Shown: positions 49,445 through 62,887 of the stretch, one piece after another
Position numbering within the stretch: the first letter of the stretch is position 1
How the letters are laid out: the number at the start of each line of letters is the position of its first letter
Assembly: GCF_028641065.1 (NCBI RefSeq)
Contig: NC_073386.1
Coordinates: 50,344,001-50,408,000, forward strand
DNA length: 64,000 nucleotides
Source: Leucoraja erinacea
Taxonomy: Eukaryota
Direction: 5' to 3'
Position numbers and translations under genes: made by a program
Notes under the pieces: model-generated
What the model was told of the DNA's origin: nothing
What the model saw: only the letters and a program-made list of their open reading frames with translations
Databases searched by the model: none

Positions 49445-52330
49445 AGAACAGTACAGCACAGGAACAAGCCACTTGGCCGACAATGTTTGTGCCAAGTTAA
49501 ACTGATCTTATATAGCTCCACATGATCCATATCCCTCTATTTAGTTTATTGTCACATGTACATAGAAACAGTGAAAAACTTTTTGATGCATGTTAACCAG
49601 TCAGCAGAACAGAGTTGATCGTGAGCAGGTTGAGTTGATGGAGTCATCATTGCAGGAGCAAGGTGACAGGGGGCTATTACTTGAAATTGGAGAATTCAAA
49701 GTTTGTGCATTCCCAGCAAGTGTGAGATGTTGCACTTTGGGAGATCAAATGTTAATGGCAATAATGCTAACATCTCCCAAGAGATGTGGCAACACAAGTA
49801 GATAGAGTGGTAAAGAAGGCATATGATATGCTTGCTGTCGTAGGTCGGGGCAATGAGTGCGAGAGGCAGGACGTCATGATGCAGCTTTATAGGCCTTTGG
49901 TTAGGCCGCAGTTGGAGTCGTGTGTGCAGCTTTGGTTGCCCCCTTACAGGAAGGATGTAGAAGGTTTGGAAAGGGTGCTTAGGAGATGTTTACCAGAATT
50001 ATGACTGGATTAGTAGGGGTATTAGGTATGGGGAGAGGTTGGACAGACTGGGATTGTTTTCTCTGGAACACTGGAGGCTGAGAGGAAACCTGATCGACAA
50101 ATATAAAAATTATGAGGCATAGATAGGATAGACAGTCAGAACCTTTTTCCCAGGACAGAAAATCAAATACTGGATGGCATAGCTTGTAGGTGTGAAGGGC
50201 AAAGTTTAAAGGAAATGTGCAGGGCAATTTTTTTTTTACACGGAGGATGGTGAGTCAGTACGGGCTGCAGGGGGTGGTGGTCGAGGCAGATATGATAGTG
50301 GCATTTAAGAGACTTTTGAATATATATATATATATGAATATGTAGGGAATTAAGTGATATGGATTATGTGCAGGTAGATAAGAGATGATCATGTTTGGCA
50401 GGGCCTGTTCTTGTGTTGCATTGTGCTTTGTTCCATTTTCTGATGAACATTGACAAACACCAGGCCAACATCTCCCAAACCATCATCAACCTTTTCAACT
50501 CAAGCAGTCTACCCACCACAGCCTTCAACTTTATCTAAAGTTCTCTAAACCCATGCTGCCCATTTCTATCCCTTGCCCAAAATCCACATGCAGGACTGTC
50601 CTGGTAGGCTCATTGTCTCTGACATCTACTTCATATCTACTGACAGCCATAACTACCTTAACTTCACCACCTCCCACCCTGCTATCCTTTACTCTCAGAG
50701 AATCCACATCCTCCATATCTGCTCTCATGCTTGCACCTCAGGACATCCGGGATTAATTTTTCTTCATGTAACGTGGGTTCCCCACTGCTGTTGTGGATGG
50801 AGTTCTCACTTGTGTCTCCTCTGTATCCTGCAGTTCAGCTCTCGTTCTCCCTTCCTCAAGACAGAACATGGATAGAATTTATCTGGTTCTAACCTTTGAC
50901 CCCACCAGCCTCCACATCCAACACATCATTCTCTGACAGTTCTGTCACCTTCAATGTAATTCACCACCACTCACAAGTTTCTGTCCCCATCCCTTTCCAT
51001 TTTTGATGGCGACTACTCGCTCCACAACTCCTTGGCTTGGCTCTCCCCTTCCCTTTGTACCCGTGTCCTCCTCAGGCACTTACTTTTGCAACCACCAAAG
51101 ACGCAACATGCATGGGTTTCTCTGAGAACTTCCTCCCACAGTCCAAAGACATGTCGGTTTGTAAGATAATTGGCTTGGTATAAATGTTAACATTGTCTCT
51201 AGTGTAGGATAGTGTTAATGTGCAGAAATCGCTGGTCAGTGCAGTCTCGGCTTGCAGGGCCTGTTCACGTGCTGTATCTCTAAACTAAACTAAAATAAAC
51301 TCCCGTTCCCACTCTAACGTAGCCAAAAATGCTGGAGAAACTCAGCGGGTGAGGTAGCATATGTGCAGCGAAGGAATAAGTGACCCTTCTTCAGACTGAT
51401 GTGGGGGTGGGGAGAAGAAGAAAGGAAGAAAGAAAGGAAGAGGCGGAGACAGTAGGCTGTGGGAGAGCTGGGAAGGGGAGGGGAAGGAGGGAGAAAGCAA
51501 GGATTACCTGAATTTGGAGAAGCCAATGTTCATACCGCTGGGGTGTAAACTGCCCAAGCGAAATATGAGGCGCTGCTCCTCCAATTTGCGGTGGGGCTCA
51601 GTCTGACCATGGAAAAGAAAGGTCGGATTCGGAATGGGAGGGGGTGTTGAAGTGTTAAGCCACTGGGAGATCAGGTTGGATAATGTGAACTGAGCGGAGG
51701 TGTTGGGCGAAGCGATCGCCAAGCCTGCGCTTGGTCTCACTGATGTAGAGCAGTTGAGACACCTAGAGCAGCGGATGCAATAGATGAGGTTGGAGGAGGT
51801 GCAGGTGAACCTCTGTCGCACCTGGAACGACTGCTTGTGTTCTTCAATGGAGTCAAAGGGGGGGGGGGGGGGGGGGGGACCCGACTAGTGTAGTATTTCC
51901 TGCGGTTGCAAGGGAAAGTGCCAGGAGAGGGGGGGGGGGGGGGGGGGGGGGTTGGGAAGGAAGGGACGAATTGACCATGAAGTTACGGAGGGAGCGGGCT
52001 CTGCGGAAAGCCGACAGGGGAGGAGATGGGAAGATGTGGCCAGTGGTGGGGTCCCGTTGGAGGTGACGAAAATGTCCGAGGATTATCTGTTGTTGGTGAT
52101 GAATTGGTGACGTTTTGGGTCCAGACCGTCGACAGATTCTCAGTCTGAAGGGTCTCAACCAAAACGTTGCCCATTCCTTATCTCTAGAGAACAGCTGCCT
52201 GTCCCGCTGTTACGCCAGCATTTTGTGTCTATCTATCACCTGGCAGGCTTTGCGCCTCCACCTCTTTTCCAGCTTTCTCTCCCCTTTACTAAAACCAGTC
52301 CGAAGAAGGGCCCCAACGCGAACCGTCGCC
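49445..52330. mobile_element. Cluster of CR1 (+, ~49710-50430), old Penelope (+, ~50450-51110), SINE and Penelope (-, ~51315-52095) fragments
   Basis: QVDRVVKKAY..LYRPLVRPQLE; PKIH..CPGR; RQRFTCTSSNLIYCIRCSRC. Confidence 0.75.
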
Positions 52331-52433
52331 AGTCCACGGCTTCCACTGTGTTTTTGCTCGCGGTTTGCAGCTTGGCAGCAGCCCCCTGAGTTTCCACTCT
52401 CCCTCCCGGGGCCCGATCACGGCCGTTTCTCAC

Positions 52434-52531
52434 CCATCCACAATGTTCTCCGGTGGGTGTTTCTCGTCGCCCGAGGTAGCGAGCACCAGCTCGGTCCCCG
52501 CCGCCGCCGCCGAACCAAAGTCCCGCTTCAT
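52434..52531 (-). CDS. IFT25: IFT25/HSPB11 exon 1 (MKRDFGSAAAAGTELVLATSGDEKHPPENIVDG)
   Basis: LATS.DEKHPPENI.DG; 98 nt; donor GG|GTGAG; GCCATG context. Confidence 0.95.
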
Positions 52532-52543
52532 GGCCTGTCCGCC

Positions 52544-52557
52544 GTTACCACAACAAC
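52544..52557 (-). promoter_or_regulatory. RFX X-box candidate GTTGTTGTGGTAAC
   Basis: 13/14 match to the X-box consensus RTHNYYWTRRNRAC; immediately upstream of the IFT25 ATG. Confidence 0.6.
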
Positions 52558-52659
52558 GCCTCCCTTCCGGTCCTCCCCAGAACCTTTCCCCAGCAGCGAC
52601 CAACGTGCGGGGAGCAACTCCGTGGACATCAAAGATCTTTGGTAGTAGACACAACAAGC

Positions 52660-52735
52660 TATTTGAGCCGACTAATGTGTGAGCCCCCCACTCAGTTTCA
52701 CAGGGAGATATCCGAGGGCGAGTGGCGTCTGCAAG
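52660..52735 (+). other. LRRC42: LRRC42 candidate non-coding exon 1 (head-to-head with IFT25)
   Basis: CpG-rich region; donor AAG|GTGAG at 52735; start approximate. Confidence 0.55.
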
Positions 52736-52879
52736 GTGAGAAATTAAAAAAAAACAAAAACAGAATGGTCTCTTCATACTCAATTCTGGTGTCTCCTTCC
52801 AGAGTGTGACTGCGAGCCGTGGCTCTGCTCGCAATGGCCGTCCCCAGCTCCCAGTCACAGGCGAGGTCCACTCGCATGG

Positions 52880-53292
52880 ACCCTTTCCTTTTCCCTTTCC
52901 CCGTCCCACTCCTCTCGCTTTCCTATTCCTCTCCCCTTCCCACTTCTCTCCCCTTCCCACTCCCTTTCCTTCCAATTCCTCTTTCCTTTCCCCTTCCCAC
53001 CTCTTTCCCTTCCCATTCCTCTTCCCTTCCCACTCCCTTTCCCCTTCCCACCCCCTTTCCCCTTTCCTCTTCCTTTCCTTTCCCCTTCCCACTCCCTTTC
53101 TCCTTCCCACTCCCTTTCTCCTTCCCACTCCCTTTCCCCTTCCTTTTCCCTTTCCCTTTCCTTTCCCCTTCCCATTCCTCTCCCCTGTCCTCTTCCCACT
53201 CCCTTTCCTTCCCATACCTCTTCCCTTTCCCCTTCCCACTCCCTTTCCCCTTCCAATTCCTCCTCCCTTTCCATTCCTCTTCCCATTCCTCA
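52880..53292. repeat. Polypyrimidine/polypurine low-complexity tract (CCCTTT/CTTCCCA units)
   Basis: ~410 nt of almost pure C/T on the plus strand. Confidence 0.9.
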
Positions 53293-55157
53293 CAAACCAA
53301 TGACATGAAGGTTGAATTTTCTAGTTTCAATTAATGCCTTTTATTTTTGGTTATTTTTATCTCTCCTCATCCACCACTGGTCCTCCCATTTTGATTTGCT
53401 TTCCCAGGCCCCCCTCCCCCCAATCACCTATTTTCGGCTCCCTCCTGCTTCCATCCGCCTCGTACCCACACAGTTTTCCCACCAGTTTCCCCTCTTTCGT
53501 TTGGTTCCAGCTGACATTCATCTCGCCCTTAAATGATTCCCATTCTCATCCGAGGACACAAAGTGCTGGAGGAACTCAGCATTTCTGGAGAACATGGATA
53601 GGGGACGACTCGGGTTGAGATTCTTCCTCAGCCTCATTTTTATGAACACCCTCCTCCTCCTCCTCCATAACAACATCCACCTCCCCTCTCCACTCTCAGT
53701 CCTGATTAACGTTCTTGACCTGAAACACAAACACTTATTTTCCCTTCCATAACAGAGGACTTTCTGATTCTCAGGTTGTTTCCCTGGGACACATTTAGAG
53801 ACGGACATCAAGTGCTGCTTGATTTCATTAACATTTATCCTTTGCTTTCCTGCAACTTGTTGATCTTCCAGCACAATGTGATGTCCGTCAGGGACTGTTG
53901 GTGACACACATTCAACACTGCAGGAGTATGTGCTGACGGATACACTGAAACGTGTGCAGCCAACTGCAAAGCCTTTGCAAATCTAACGTTCTTCCTCTGG
54001 CAAGGGAAGGGATATCACCCGAGGGTACCACATGAATGGCAAGGGTGTTTTCTTTAAAGATAGGTTTGAACACTACCGAATATGACACTGCTGAATGAAT
54101 GTATAGATACTGAGAATGTATGAAGTTTTTTTGCAGTTTTTGATTTATATATATAATTATATATATATAATTTTATTCTCAATAACGTTTATTTTTTAAA
54201 TTGAGAAAGTTATTTTCCGTTCATAAATATTGTTGATCCGCGGAGTTTCTCTGTAATTTTTTGCTTCAGATTACAGCATCTGGTTTCTTGTGCAGCCATG
54301 AAACATAGTTGGATGCTTTGCAGTCAGCTAGTCAATGAGTCAATTAGTAGTGGCGTGGGAGATGCCATGGCAGCAAATAATTCACAGAGGTTTCAAATTC
54401 ACTCATCAGATGATGATTGACCTGGCTTGACCAATTTATCCAGGATATTGTGAGCAGTTGGACCTTGCCCCCTAGGAGTCAGTGACAATGCTTAATCTCT
54501 TGAGATGTTGCTTGACCTATCATAATTTCAAAGTTTGATTTTCCTCTGCATCACAAACAGTTTAGTTTTGAGATACGGCATGGACACAGGCCCTTTGGCC
54601 CAACGATCCCCATACAGCAGCACTAGCCTACATATTCAACACTATCCTACACAAATTAATCTACAAACCTGTACATCTTTGGAGTTTGGGAGGAAACTGG
54701 AGCACCCGGGAAAAACCCACGCGGTCACGGTTAAAACGTACAAACTCTATGGACAGCACCCTAGTCAGGATGGAACTCGAGTCTCTGCCGTCGTAAGTCA
54801 AGTCAACTTTATTTGTCACATACACATACAAGATGTGCAGTGAAATGAAAGTGGCAATGCCTGCGGATTGTTCAAAAACTACAGAACAGAATAGAACAGA
54901 ATCAGTATTTACATGTTAGAAAATAATTTTTTACAAAAGACACAACACAGTAGTAAATTAGTTCAGTAAATTAGTAAGGCAGCAACTCCACTGCTGTGCC
55001 ACCGTGCCATCCCTGAATTGACTTCTCAGTTCTTGATTTGATTTGGCCATGAGACATAGCCTATGGGAGAAGTTCTTGTGCAGTACTCCACAAATCTTAC
55101 GCCATAGTGTTTAGTATAGGCTGCATAGAATGTTGGTTCATTTTCTCACGGTTGCAG

Positions 55158-55263
55158 GTGACCACTGGAAAATCCAAGTCGGTGCAACTATTTCAGAAAG
55201 GATTCACAGTAAATCTGTGCATGAAGATGGGGAATTGCCAAATACTTGTAGGACTGATCGCAT
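55158..55263 (+). pseudogene. Partial duplicate of LRRC42 coding exon (source 55882-55988)
   Basis: VTTGKSKSVQLFQKGFTVNLC versus VTTGKPKSMRLFQKGFTVNLC; 1-nt deletion after LC. Confidence 0.85.
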
Positions 55264-55779
55264 GGAACAACCAGATGGGATCAAATTCACCAGAGAATAT
55301 TATTCTTAAAAGCTTGCCTTGAAATTTGGTTACCAATTTTTTTGAGTTTTGTGCTTGAATGCCAAATTTAACAAAATTAACAAGCTTGGAAATACCCAAT
55401 AAAGTGCTGCTAGTGCATTTGTACAGCATGTAGTGCAATTGTCTTACAGCTCCAGCAACCTAGGTTTAAATTTTACCCCTATTGGTGTGGAGCTTGCACA
55501 TTCTATTTGTGATTACATAGATTTTGTTAAATGTCCGATGACATGCTGATTGGTAAGTTAATTGGCTATTTTAAAATTTCTGCTGGGAGAGTGAGAGAGG
55601 AGTTATCGGGTATGTTGTGGCAGAACAGATTGCAGGGGAATAAGTGGCAGAATGGAACTGAAGGGATTACTTTGAGAGCCAGCATAAACTCAATGAGCTG
55701 AATAGCCGTTTGTTTATTAAGTAAATATATAACATGTTCTAATAGATTTTTGTCTCTTGCTTTTTCAGATTAAATTCCA

Positions 55780-56246
55780 ATGTCTTTACTCACCAATGCA
55801 AGTACTGCACTTGAAGCTGGACCCATCTATGTACGTGAACAGGGTCAACTGCATCTTTTAAATGGTGCTTCAAGCTTGAAAGTGACCACTGGAAAACCCA
55901 AGTCGATGCGACTGTTTCAGAAAGGATTCACAGTAAATCTGTGCATTGAAGATGGGGACAAGCCAAGTACTTGCAGGACTGATCACATTGTCTTCACTTA
56001 CACAAAAGAAGGAAATCTTCGCTACTCTCCAAAGTCACTTTTTGACGTGGTGCTTGCTTTTATAGCTGACAATATTCAGCATGTTGATTCGCTCATTGGC
56101 TTCCCAGAGCAGATTGCAGAGAAACTTTTCACTGCGGTAGAAGCAAGAAAGAAATTTATTGACCCCAGCACCAGCACCATGGCTCTAATTACATTCGGCA
56201 AGGCCTACGGAAGTCTTGTACTTCAGTCCTTGTGTTTACGGGAAAG
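55780..56246 (+). CDS. LRRC42: LRRC42 first coding exon (exon starts 55769)
   Basis: GPIYVRE.GQLH, FTYTKEGNLRYS.KSLF, DSLIGFPEQIAEKLF, YGSLVL.SLCLR; donor AG|GTACAA. Confidence 0.95.
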
Positions 56247-57055
56247 GTACAATCTCTTCTATCTGATCTGATGTAGAACGACATTCTACATTTCCTTATC
56301 GTCTGCTTTGATCTGTCATTTTCACACCTTGCCCTTCTATATCTCTAGACTCCCTCTCCCCTGACAGAGTGAAGAATGGTCTTGACCTGAAACGTCACCC
56401 ATTCCTTCTCTCCAGAGAGGCTGCCTACCCTGCTGACTTTCTCCAGCATTTTGTGTCTATCTTCGGTGTAAACTAGCATCTGCAGTTCCTTCTCACACCT
56501 TGCATGTGATTCTGTCCAGCCCATGGAAACAGTCTGACCATTAATTATTGACCTGTATATGTATTCAATCCACAGATGTTGGGTAACCTACTTTGATCCA
56601 ACATGTTCTGTCTGCTAGTTTTGCTGAAATTAGTCATGGGATGGGGAGAAATGAGCTGGAAGCATTCCAGTGATGATGCTGAGCGCTGCCCTGGAATTTA
56701 TCTAATTTGAGAATATTTGACTGTAATTTGACAACCCTGGTCAAATAATCTGATGATACCCAATGTCTGATGCGTAAAGAATAACAATCTCACCATCCCT
56801 TCATTTGAAAATTCACCTTCAAATATTCAAGTTGATTAGAGTAAAGATGTTTCCTTGTAGTTTAAATGCTCCTTTATGTACTCCTTTATATTCTCTTGTT
56901 GTCCAGTGGTTATTATACAAACAAGTTGGTCTGGAAGTTTATTGTTTACCAATAACAACTTCCACGCATACCCTTTCTCTTGTCCACTCCATTTGCTTTC
57001 TCTCAGAAAGAGCTCTCCTAACACCTAAAAGGGCAGGTGGTTAATCTACCTCTTA

Positions 57056-57270
57056 TGCCGTTGTCCACTTAGGAAACCTGAACGGAAACCTCTGGAGACT
57101 TTGCGCCCCACCCAAGGTTTCCGTGCGGTTCCCGAAGGTTTTTGTCAGTCTCCCTACTTGCTTCCACTACCTGCAACCTCCAGCAACCACCTGCAACCGC
57201 CGGGAACTGCACGGAAACCTTGGGTGGGGCGCAAGGTCTCCGTTCAGGTTTCCTAAGTGGGATAGGGGCA
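57056..57270. mobile_element. MITE with long terminal inverted repeats, PIF/Harbinger-like
   Basis: TGCC..TCCACTTAGGAAACCTGAACGGA / TCCGTTCAGGTTTCCTAAGTGGGA..GGCA; flanked by TTA and TAA. Confidence 0.75.
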
Positions 57271-58295
57271 TAAGTTTGTCAGTTACCGAGTTGTTGGGGC
57301 GCACATGCAAATTTCATGGTGGCTCGAAATTGACACAAAATGCTGGAGTAACTCAGCGGGACAGGCAGCATCTCTGGAAAGACGGAATGAGCGATGTTTC
57401 GGGTCGAGACTCTTCTTCAGACATGTCATGGTGGCTCCTTTTGAAGCAAAATGTAAGCTTGACGTCTCCCTGTCATGATTTGGGTAAGACTAAGGATGCA
57501 TTCAGGCCTGTCTCTTTCTGCCTCTTTGGTGTCATTCTAGTTTGGTTCCCATCACTGAAGATTGGAATACAAGTTGTACCAATGTTCTCTGCAAGTGCTT
57601 AGAATCTGAAAGATTGTATGACCTGGTTGTAGGTACTGTTATACTGCACCTGAAGCCAATGTCCAAATCCTTAATACTGATGAATTTCCTTATTTCATTT
57701 CAAATATATACTTTATTCATAATGTATATAATTAATACAAATTGGTACATAATATTTGCTCTCTATTAGAGGTGTGTGTGAAGTGGTTTTGAGCAGCCTT
57801 CCCTCCACACCTCAATTCCATCCATGTAAAGTCATATTGAGTTTATTGTCATATGCATACATGAGGTACAGGTACAATGAAATTCTTGCTTGCAGCAGTA
57901 TTACAAGCACATAGTTTCAAACAAAACACAAAAATATAAATTAAACGTTAACTACACATAAATTCTACAAGATAACCGAGAAATATGCAAAAGCAAGACA
58001 CAAGTGCAAAGTGCGATTAAAAAATGAGTCCTTGGTAGTGCAAGAGGTGTTCCATTGCCCAGGAAAGATCAGGGTGATGCAGGTTAGGTCAAGAACCATG
58101 TGCGCCCATTCTCTTTGTTTTACTTCTCCATTTTGCCTCACTTCCATTGCACTGTGAGGAGCTCCACTGCTTGTAATTGAAAGAAAATCTGCAGTAACAA
58201 TTTCTTAAAGTAACAATGTCCCAATTATGTGAATCTTCTTGTGATTCCTGATTTGCCATAAAGCACAATGAAAATGGGTGAAATCCAATCCCTAG

Positions 58296-58296
<1 letters not shown>

Positions 58297-58331
<35 letters not shown>

Positions 58332-60300
58332 CTTTATTTCAGAGTCAAGGTCCACCAGACAAGGGACAACATTACAAAAATATATTGCATATAAAAACAT
58401 CATAAAATACATATAAAATCTTAGTATGTCACTTATAAAAGCATCGTAAATTATATATTTAAAAAAACCCATAATACATGATTTAAATACAGAATAAAAA
58501 AGAAAAATCAGTGTCCTACAACGAGACAGTGAAACCAGTGTCTCTTCAACTGGGATTCGTAGCGTGTAGTGCTAAACCTGATGTTTGACAAGGCCACGGT
58601 ATAATTACATTTTTGGAGTCATTTATCCTGCAAATGAATGTATACATATGATTTCTTAGGATAGCTTCTAGAGTGCTGACTCCTGCAGCCACAAACATGT
58701 TACTAGCACTACATAATCTAGGTTTTCTTAGCAGTGTTCTCATGGCATCATTATAGGCCACCTTTAGTCTCTGCAACCTTGTCTTTCCATAGTTCGACCA
58801 CAGGTGCGCAGTATAGAGTGGCGTGCAATATGCTCTAAACAGCGACATCTTCACCACATCTGTACACGCACCAAACTTACGCAAGAGAATATTCGCCTGT
58901 ACATACAGCATACATCGTTGCCTATAAATATCCTCATCATTTGTTCTGTGATAAAATGCCCATGATATTTTACCTTATTACAGACACTAAGATTATTGTC
59001 AGATTTTAAAATCAGGAAATTTTAAACTTTATCCTCTGGTTCTACAGATCATAACAGCACTCTTACAAGCATTATATATAATATCATGTTCCTCGCCATA
59101 CACAGAACATATAGTAAGGAGCTGCTAGAGACCAGCGCTAGATGGACTAAAGACCACAAGATCATCTGCATACATAATATGTTCACTAAAATATTATCAA
59201 TCATGCACCCAGTATTACAGGCTAATTGTTTGGACAGATCATCAATACAAAGATTAAAAAGGACTGGGGCCAAAATCCCCCCTTGTCTAGCACCATTGCT
59301 AACCCAAATGGGGCTGAGACTATTGCCACATTTTATTTGCATAGTCTGGTGGGCATACCAGTAAGCCAGAATTCTCACAGTGTATATAGGCACCCCTCTT
59401 TGACTCATTTTAATAAACAACTTTCTGTGATTAACACGATCAAAGGCTTTGGAACCATCAATAAAGCACATAAGAATTGAAGATTTTTTGCCTCTATATT
59501 TGTTTACAAAATCATTGAAGGCATATATTGACGTCAGTGCCATGTTTAGCTTGAAAACCAAACTGGTTTTCTGTGGAGTTAACAAACTCATTTACTCTAT
59601 CCAGCAGAACTGTTTCTAATACTTTAGATAATATGCTGGCTAAAGCTATGGGCCTGTAATTATTTAGGCTGCCTAGTTTACCAGCTTTGTCCTTAATGGC
59701 CACACTAGTAGAACAGAAAACATTTATGCTGGTAACAAGCCATGAGTCATAAAGCCAGTAAAATAAATAGCAAGAAGAGGAGCTATCCTCATACTCGCAT
59801 ACTTAAGATGTTCTGCAGAAATATGATCCAAGCCACTTGCTTTATTGTTGGACAGCTTGTTCATGGCATGATACACCTCATGTGACATGATCACCATTGA
59901 GTCATTACTCTCAATATTGTCCACCCTATACAAATCACCTTGGACACAGTTGAATAAAGTGTTATAATGTTGTCGCCATAACTCCGCGATAGCTGTTCCG
60001 GAGATTCCATCTACAGTGCAAGAGATGTTTTGCAACTGTTATGAGCTCTCACTTCTTTCCAAAAATCAGTAGCATTGTTACTTAGCAGCTTCTTAGCCAT
60101 GGAATCAGCCCTCATAGCTTGCTCATCTTTACAGATGAAGCGAACAACATACTTATATATTGCATTAGTGCTCAAACACAGGCCCCTGTCTGGGTGTACC
60201 TGCCATAGCCCATGATTTAGTAGCTTCTCAGGCTTCAGCACGATACTTGGCTACATACTTATTCCAGCCAGGCCTGATGTTATGTGTTTTATTTTTAGGG
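58297..60300 (-). mobile_element. Decayed non-LTR retrotransposon with (TAT)n tail (clade uncertain, RTEX/L2-group-like)
   Basis: KASGLDHISAEHLK, NYRPIALASILSKVLE, SKAFDRVNH, GARQGGILAP; (TAA)n at 58298-58329 on the plus strand. Confidence 0.8.
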
Positions 60301-60692
60301 TGTCCCAAAGAGTTTGTGTTCCATTCCTCAATACTGCCAGTCTCAGACAGAGCTAATTAAACTTAGAAAAAAAAAGAATAATACCATTACAATAAGTTGC
60401 TTGGGTTTAATTTACAAACCGCAACTGGGAATGTTTTGATAAATGTTTATGCATTTCCTGATGAACTTTAGTGAAAATGAATCCAAAGAATTAAACACGT
60501 AGCCAATCTTTGCCTTAATTCAAAGTAAGTAAATTGTGAAATGTTACCATGAAATCTGTATTGCAGCTGACCATCAAACGTTTAATAATTGCATGGTGCT
60601 GGAAAGCTATAATTTGAACCACGGAAGGTGCACAGATCTCTTGCGTTTCTAGAATGTGCAACATTTTACAAGTTGCCTTATTTTCCTTGCAG

Positions 60693-60824
60693 AGTTACGT
60701 TGGCATCAGAAAGGTTGAAGGAAATCCAATCTTTTTGTGGTTTGAAGTGTCTGGATCTGTCGAGCTGCAAACTGGGTGATGACCATGAGCTGTTGAGGCA
60801 CTTGACATCTGAATCCCTCATGAG
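60693..60824 (+). CDS. LRRC42: LRRC42 coding exon 2
   Basis: 132 nt, phase 2-2; LKCLDLSSCKLGDDHELL. Confidence 0.93.
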
Positions 60825-61027
60825 GTAGAGTATGTGTTAATTGCATTTATTGTAAGTAATTATCAGCAATTCCATGCAAAATATTTTCGTTCATAGAGAG
60901 CTATAGCATGGAAATGGATCGTTGGGTCCATGGAGTCAATAACGATCACCACCAATCCTGCTTTAATCCCATTTTTTTTACTCTGTAGTTTTCAGTGTTT
61001 GTTTTCCTATGTCATGAACCTTGTCAT

Positions 61028-61633
61028 TGGTAGGGAGGTTCTACTGCAGTTGTACAGGGTCTTGGTGAGACCACACCTGGAGTATTGCATACAGTTTTGG
61101 TCTCCAAATCTGAGGAAGGACATTATTGCCATAGAGGGAGTGCAGAGAAGGTTCACCAGACTGATTCCTGGGATGTCAGGACTTTCTTATGAAGAAAGAC
61201 TGGATAGACTCAGATTGTACTCGCTAGAATTTAGGAGATTGAGGGGGGATCTAATAGAAACTTACAAAATTCTTAAGGGATTGGACAGGCTAGATGCAGG
61301 AAGATTGTTCCCGATGTTGGGGAAGTCCAGGACAAGGGGTCACAGCTTAAGGATAGAGGGGAAATCCTTTAGAACCGAGATGAGGAAAACATTTTTCATG
61401 CAGAGAGTGGTGAATCTCTGGAACTCTCTGCCACAGAAGGTAGTTGAGGCCAGTTTGTTGGCTATATTTAAGAGGGAGTTAGATGTGGCCCTTGTGGCTA
61501 AAGGGATCAGGGCGTATGGAGAGAAGGCAGGTACGGGATACTGAGTTGGATGATCAGCCATGATCATATTGAATGGCGGTGCAGGCTCGAAGGGCCGAAT
61601 AGCCTACTCCTGCACCTATTTTCTATGTTTCTA
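61028..61633 (+). mobile_element. Young 5'-truncated CR1
   Basis: LYRVLVRPHLEYCIQFWSP...YGEKAGTGY*; TTCTATG-type tail. Confidence 0.92.
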
Positions 61634-62713
61634 GGTCATAGTAGTCCCTAAGATAAGATAACTTGGCAGCAAATTCTACTACTCAGTCACAAGGTCTCTG
61701 GTGCAATAGTTGCTTGCCATATTTATATACAACACAAGACCATTTGGTGCATCGAGTGTATGCTGGCTCTTCGAACATTCTCATCAGTCACATTCTCCCA
61801 CTTGATTCCTTTAATCTCTCCCACAGCCATCGTTGGCCATTGATAAAGGGTAATGTTGCAGCATTATTAATCACATGAATAAACCTTCAGTCAGCAGTTA
61901 ACTGTCAATAGAAGTTGCATTAGCTGTCTATGATGTATCCTGAGTAGATTCAATACTTTGGAAGCATACTTAAATGGTACCTGAATCCTCAGGGCTCCTA
62001 GCATGGAAGCAGTGCTTCAAAGAGTGATCTTATTGATGGACAAATATTGAGCATAATTGAGGGAATGTGCTTTACTAGAAATTACTCCCCAGTTCTCTGA
62101 ATGATTTATTTTTACAGAAGTTCAGCAACTGAGGCATAAAACAAGCCTCAAGCAGTATTGAAATTGACGTGTATTTCATGCCAACAGGAGATTCTTGCTT
62201 TGATGTGTTTTATTTAACTAACAATTTATGCTTCCAAGGCCTTTAAGTTTACTTAAAATATAACTTTCTGCAATGATTTTTAAACCTAGGTACAACCTGT
62301 CGCATCCACTATCTAGAATGTACGTCATGAAGTGCTTATTTTTCATGTTTAAATTCAATTCCCATCGGTCTTGCTGATGCAGTCAGACTTGAAATTCGTG
62401 GCTCGTTTCTGGTCCATAAAATCAAAGTAGTTACATTTCTATATTTGTCATTTGCCGGAGATGATACAAAATGCAAATTCAGAGCTTACAACCCTTGCTT
62501 CGCCCAACTTGAAAATCCATTTTTCCTTTGTAAATGCCAATTATCAATTATTTTTGTGTAGGAAAGAACTGCAGATGCTGGTTTAAATCGAAGGTAGACG
62601 TTTTGTGCCTGCTATCAATTCTTTTTGGTGGGATGTTCACAAGTTATTAAATGGTATCTTGTTTACTTTCCTTTTCTTCTCCATGCTAACTTTCAATCTA
62701 CTTCTTCTCCCAG

Positions 62714-62832
62714 TCTCACCACCTTGTACCTCGGGGATAATGGCCTGTCTGACTGTGGGCTACAGAAAATGACAGCACCTGTACGAGTGTTGAGGAGGGG
62801 TTTAGGAAATTTGGAAGTACTGGATCTGTCTG
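62714..62832 (+). CDS. LRRC42: LRRC42 coding exon 3 (gene continues beyond the window)
   Basis: 119 nt; L.DNGLSD.G..KMTAPVRVLRRGL.NL..LDLS; donor GTAAGT. Confidence 0.93.
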
Positions 62833-62887
62833 GTAAGTTTATGGCCAGTCCTCATAATTGACATCTCGTATTATAAACTAACATATA

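Noticed and set aside
52430-53334. Long G/K/E-rich and P/F-rich ORFs in several frames
   Set aside because: By-products of the low-complexity tract; only 52434-52531 is real coding sequence (IFT25).
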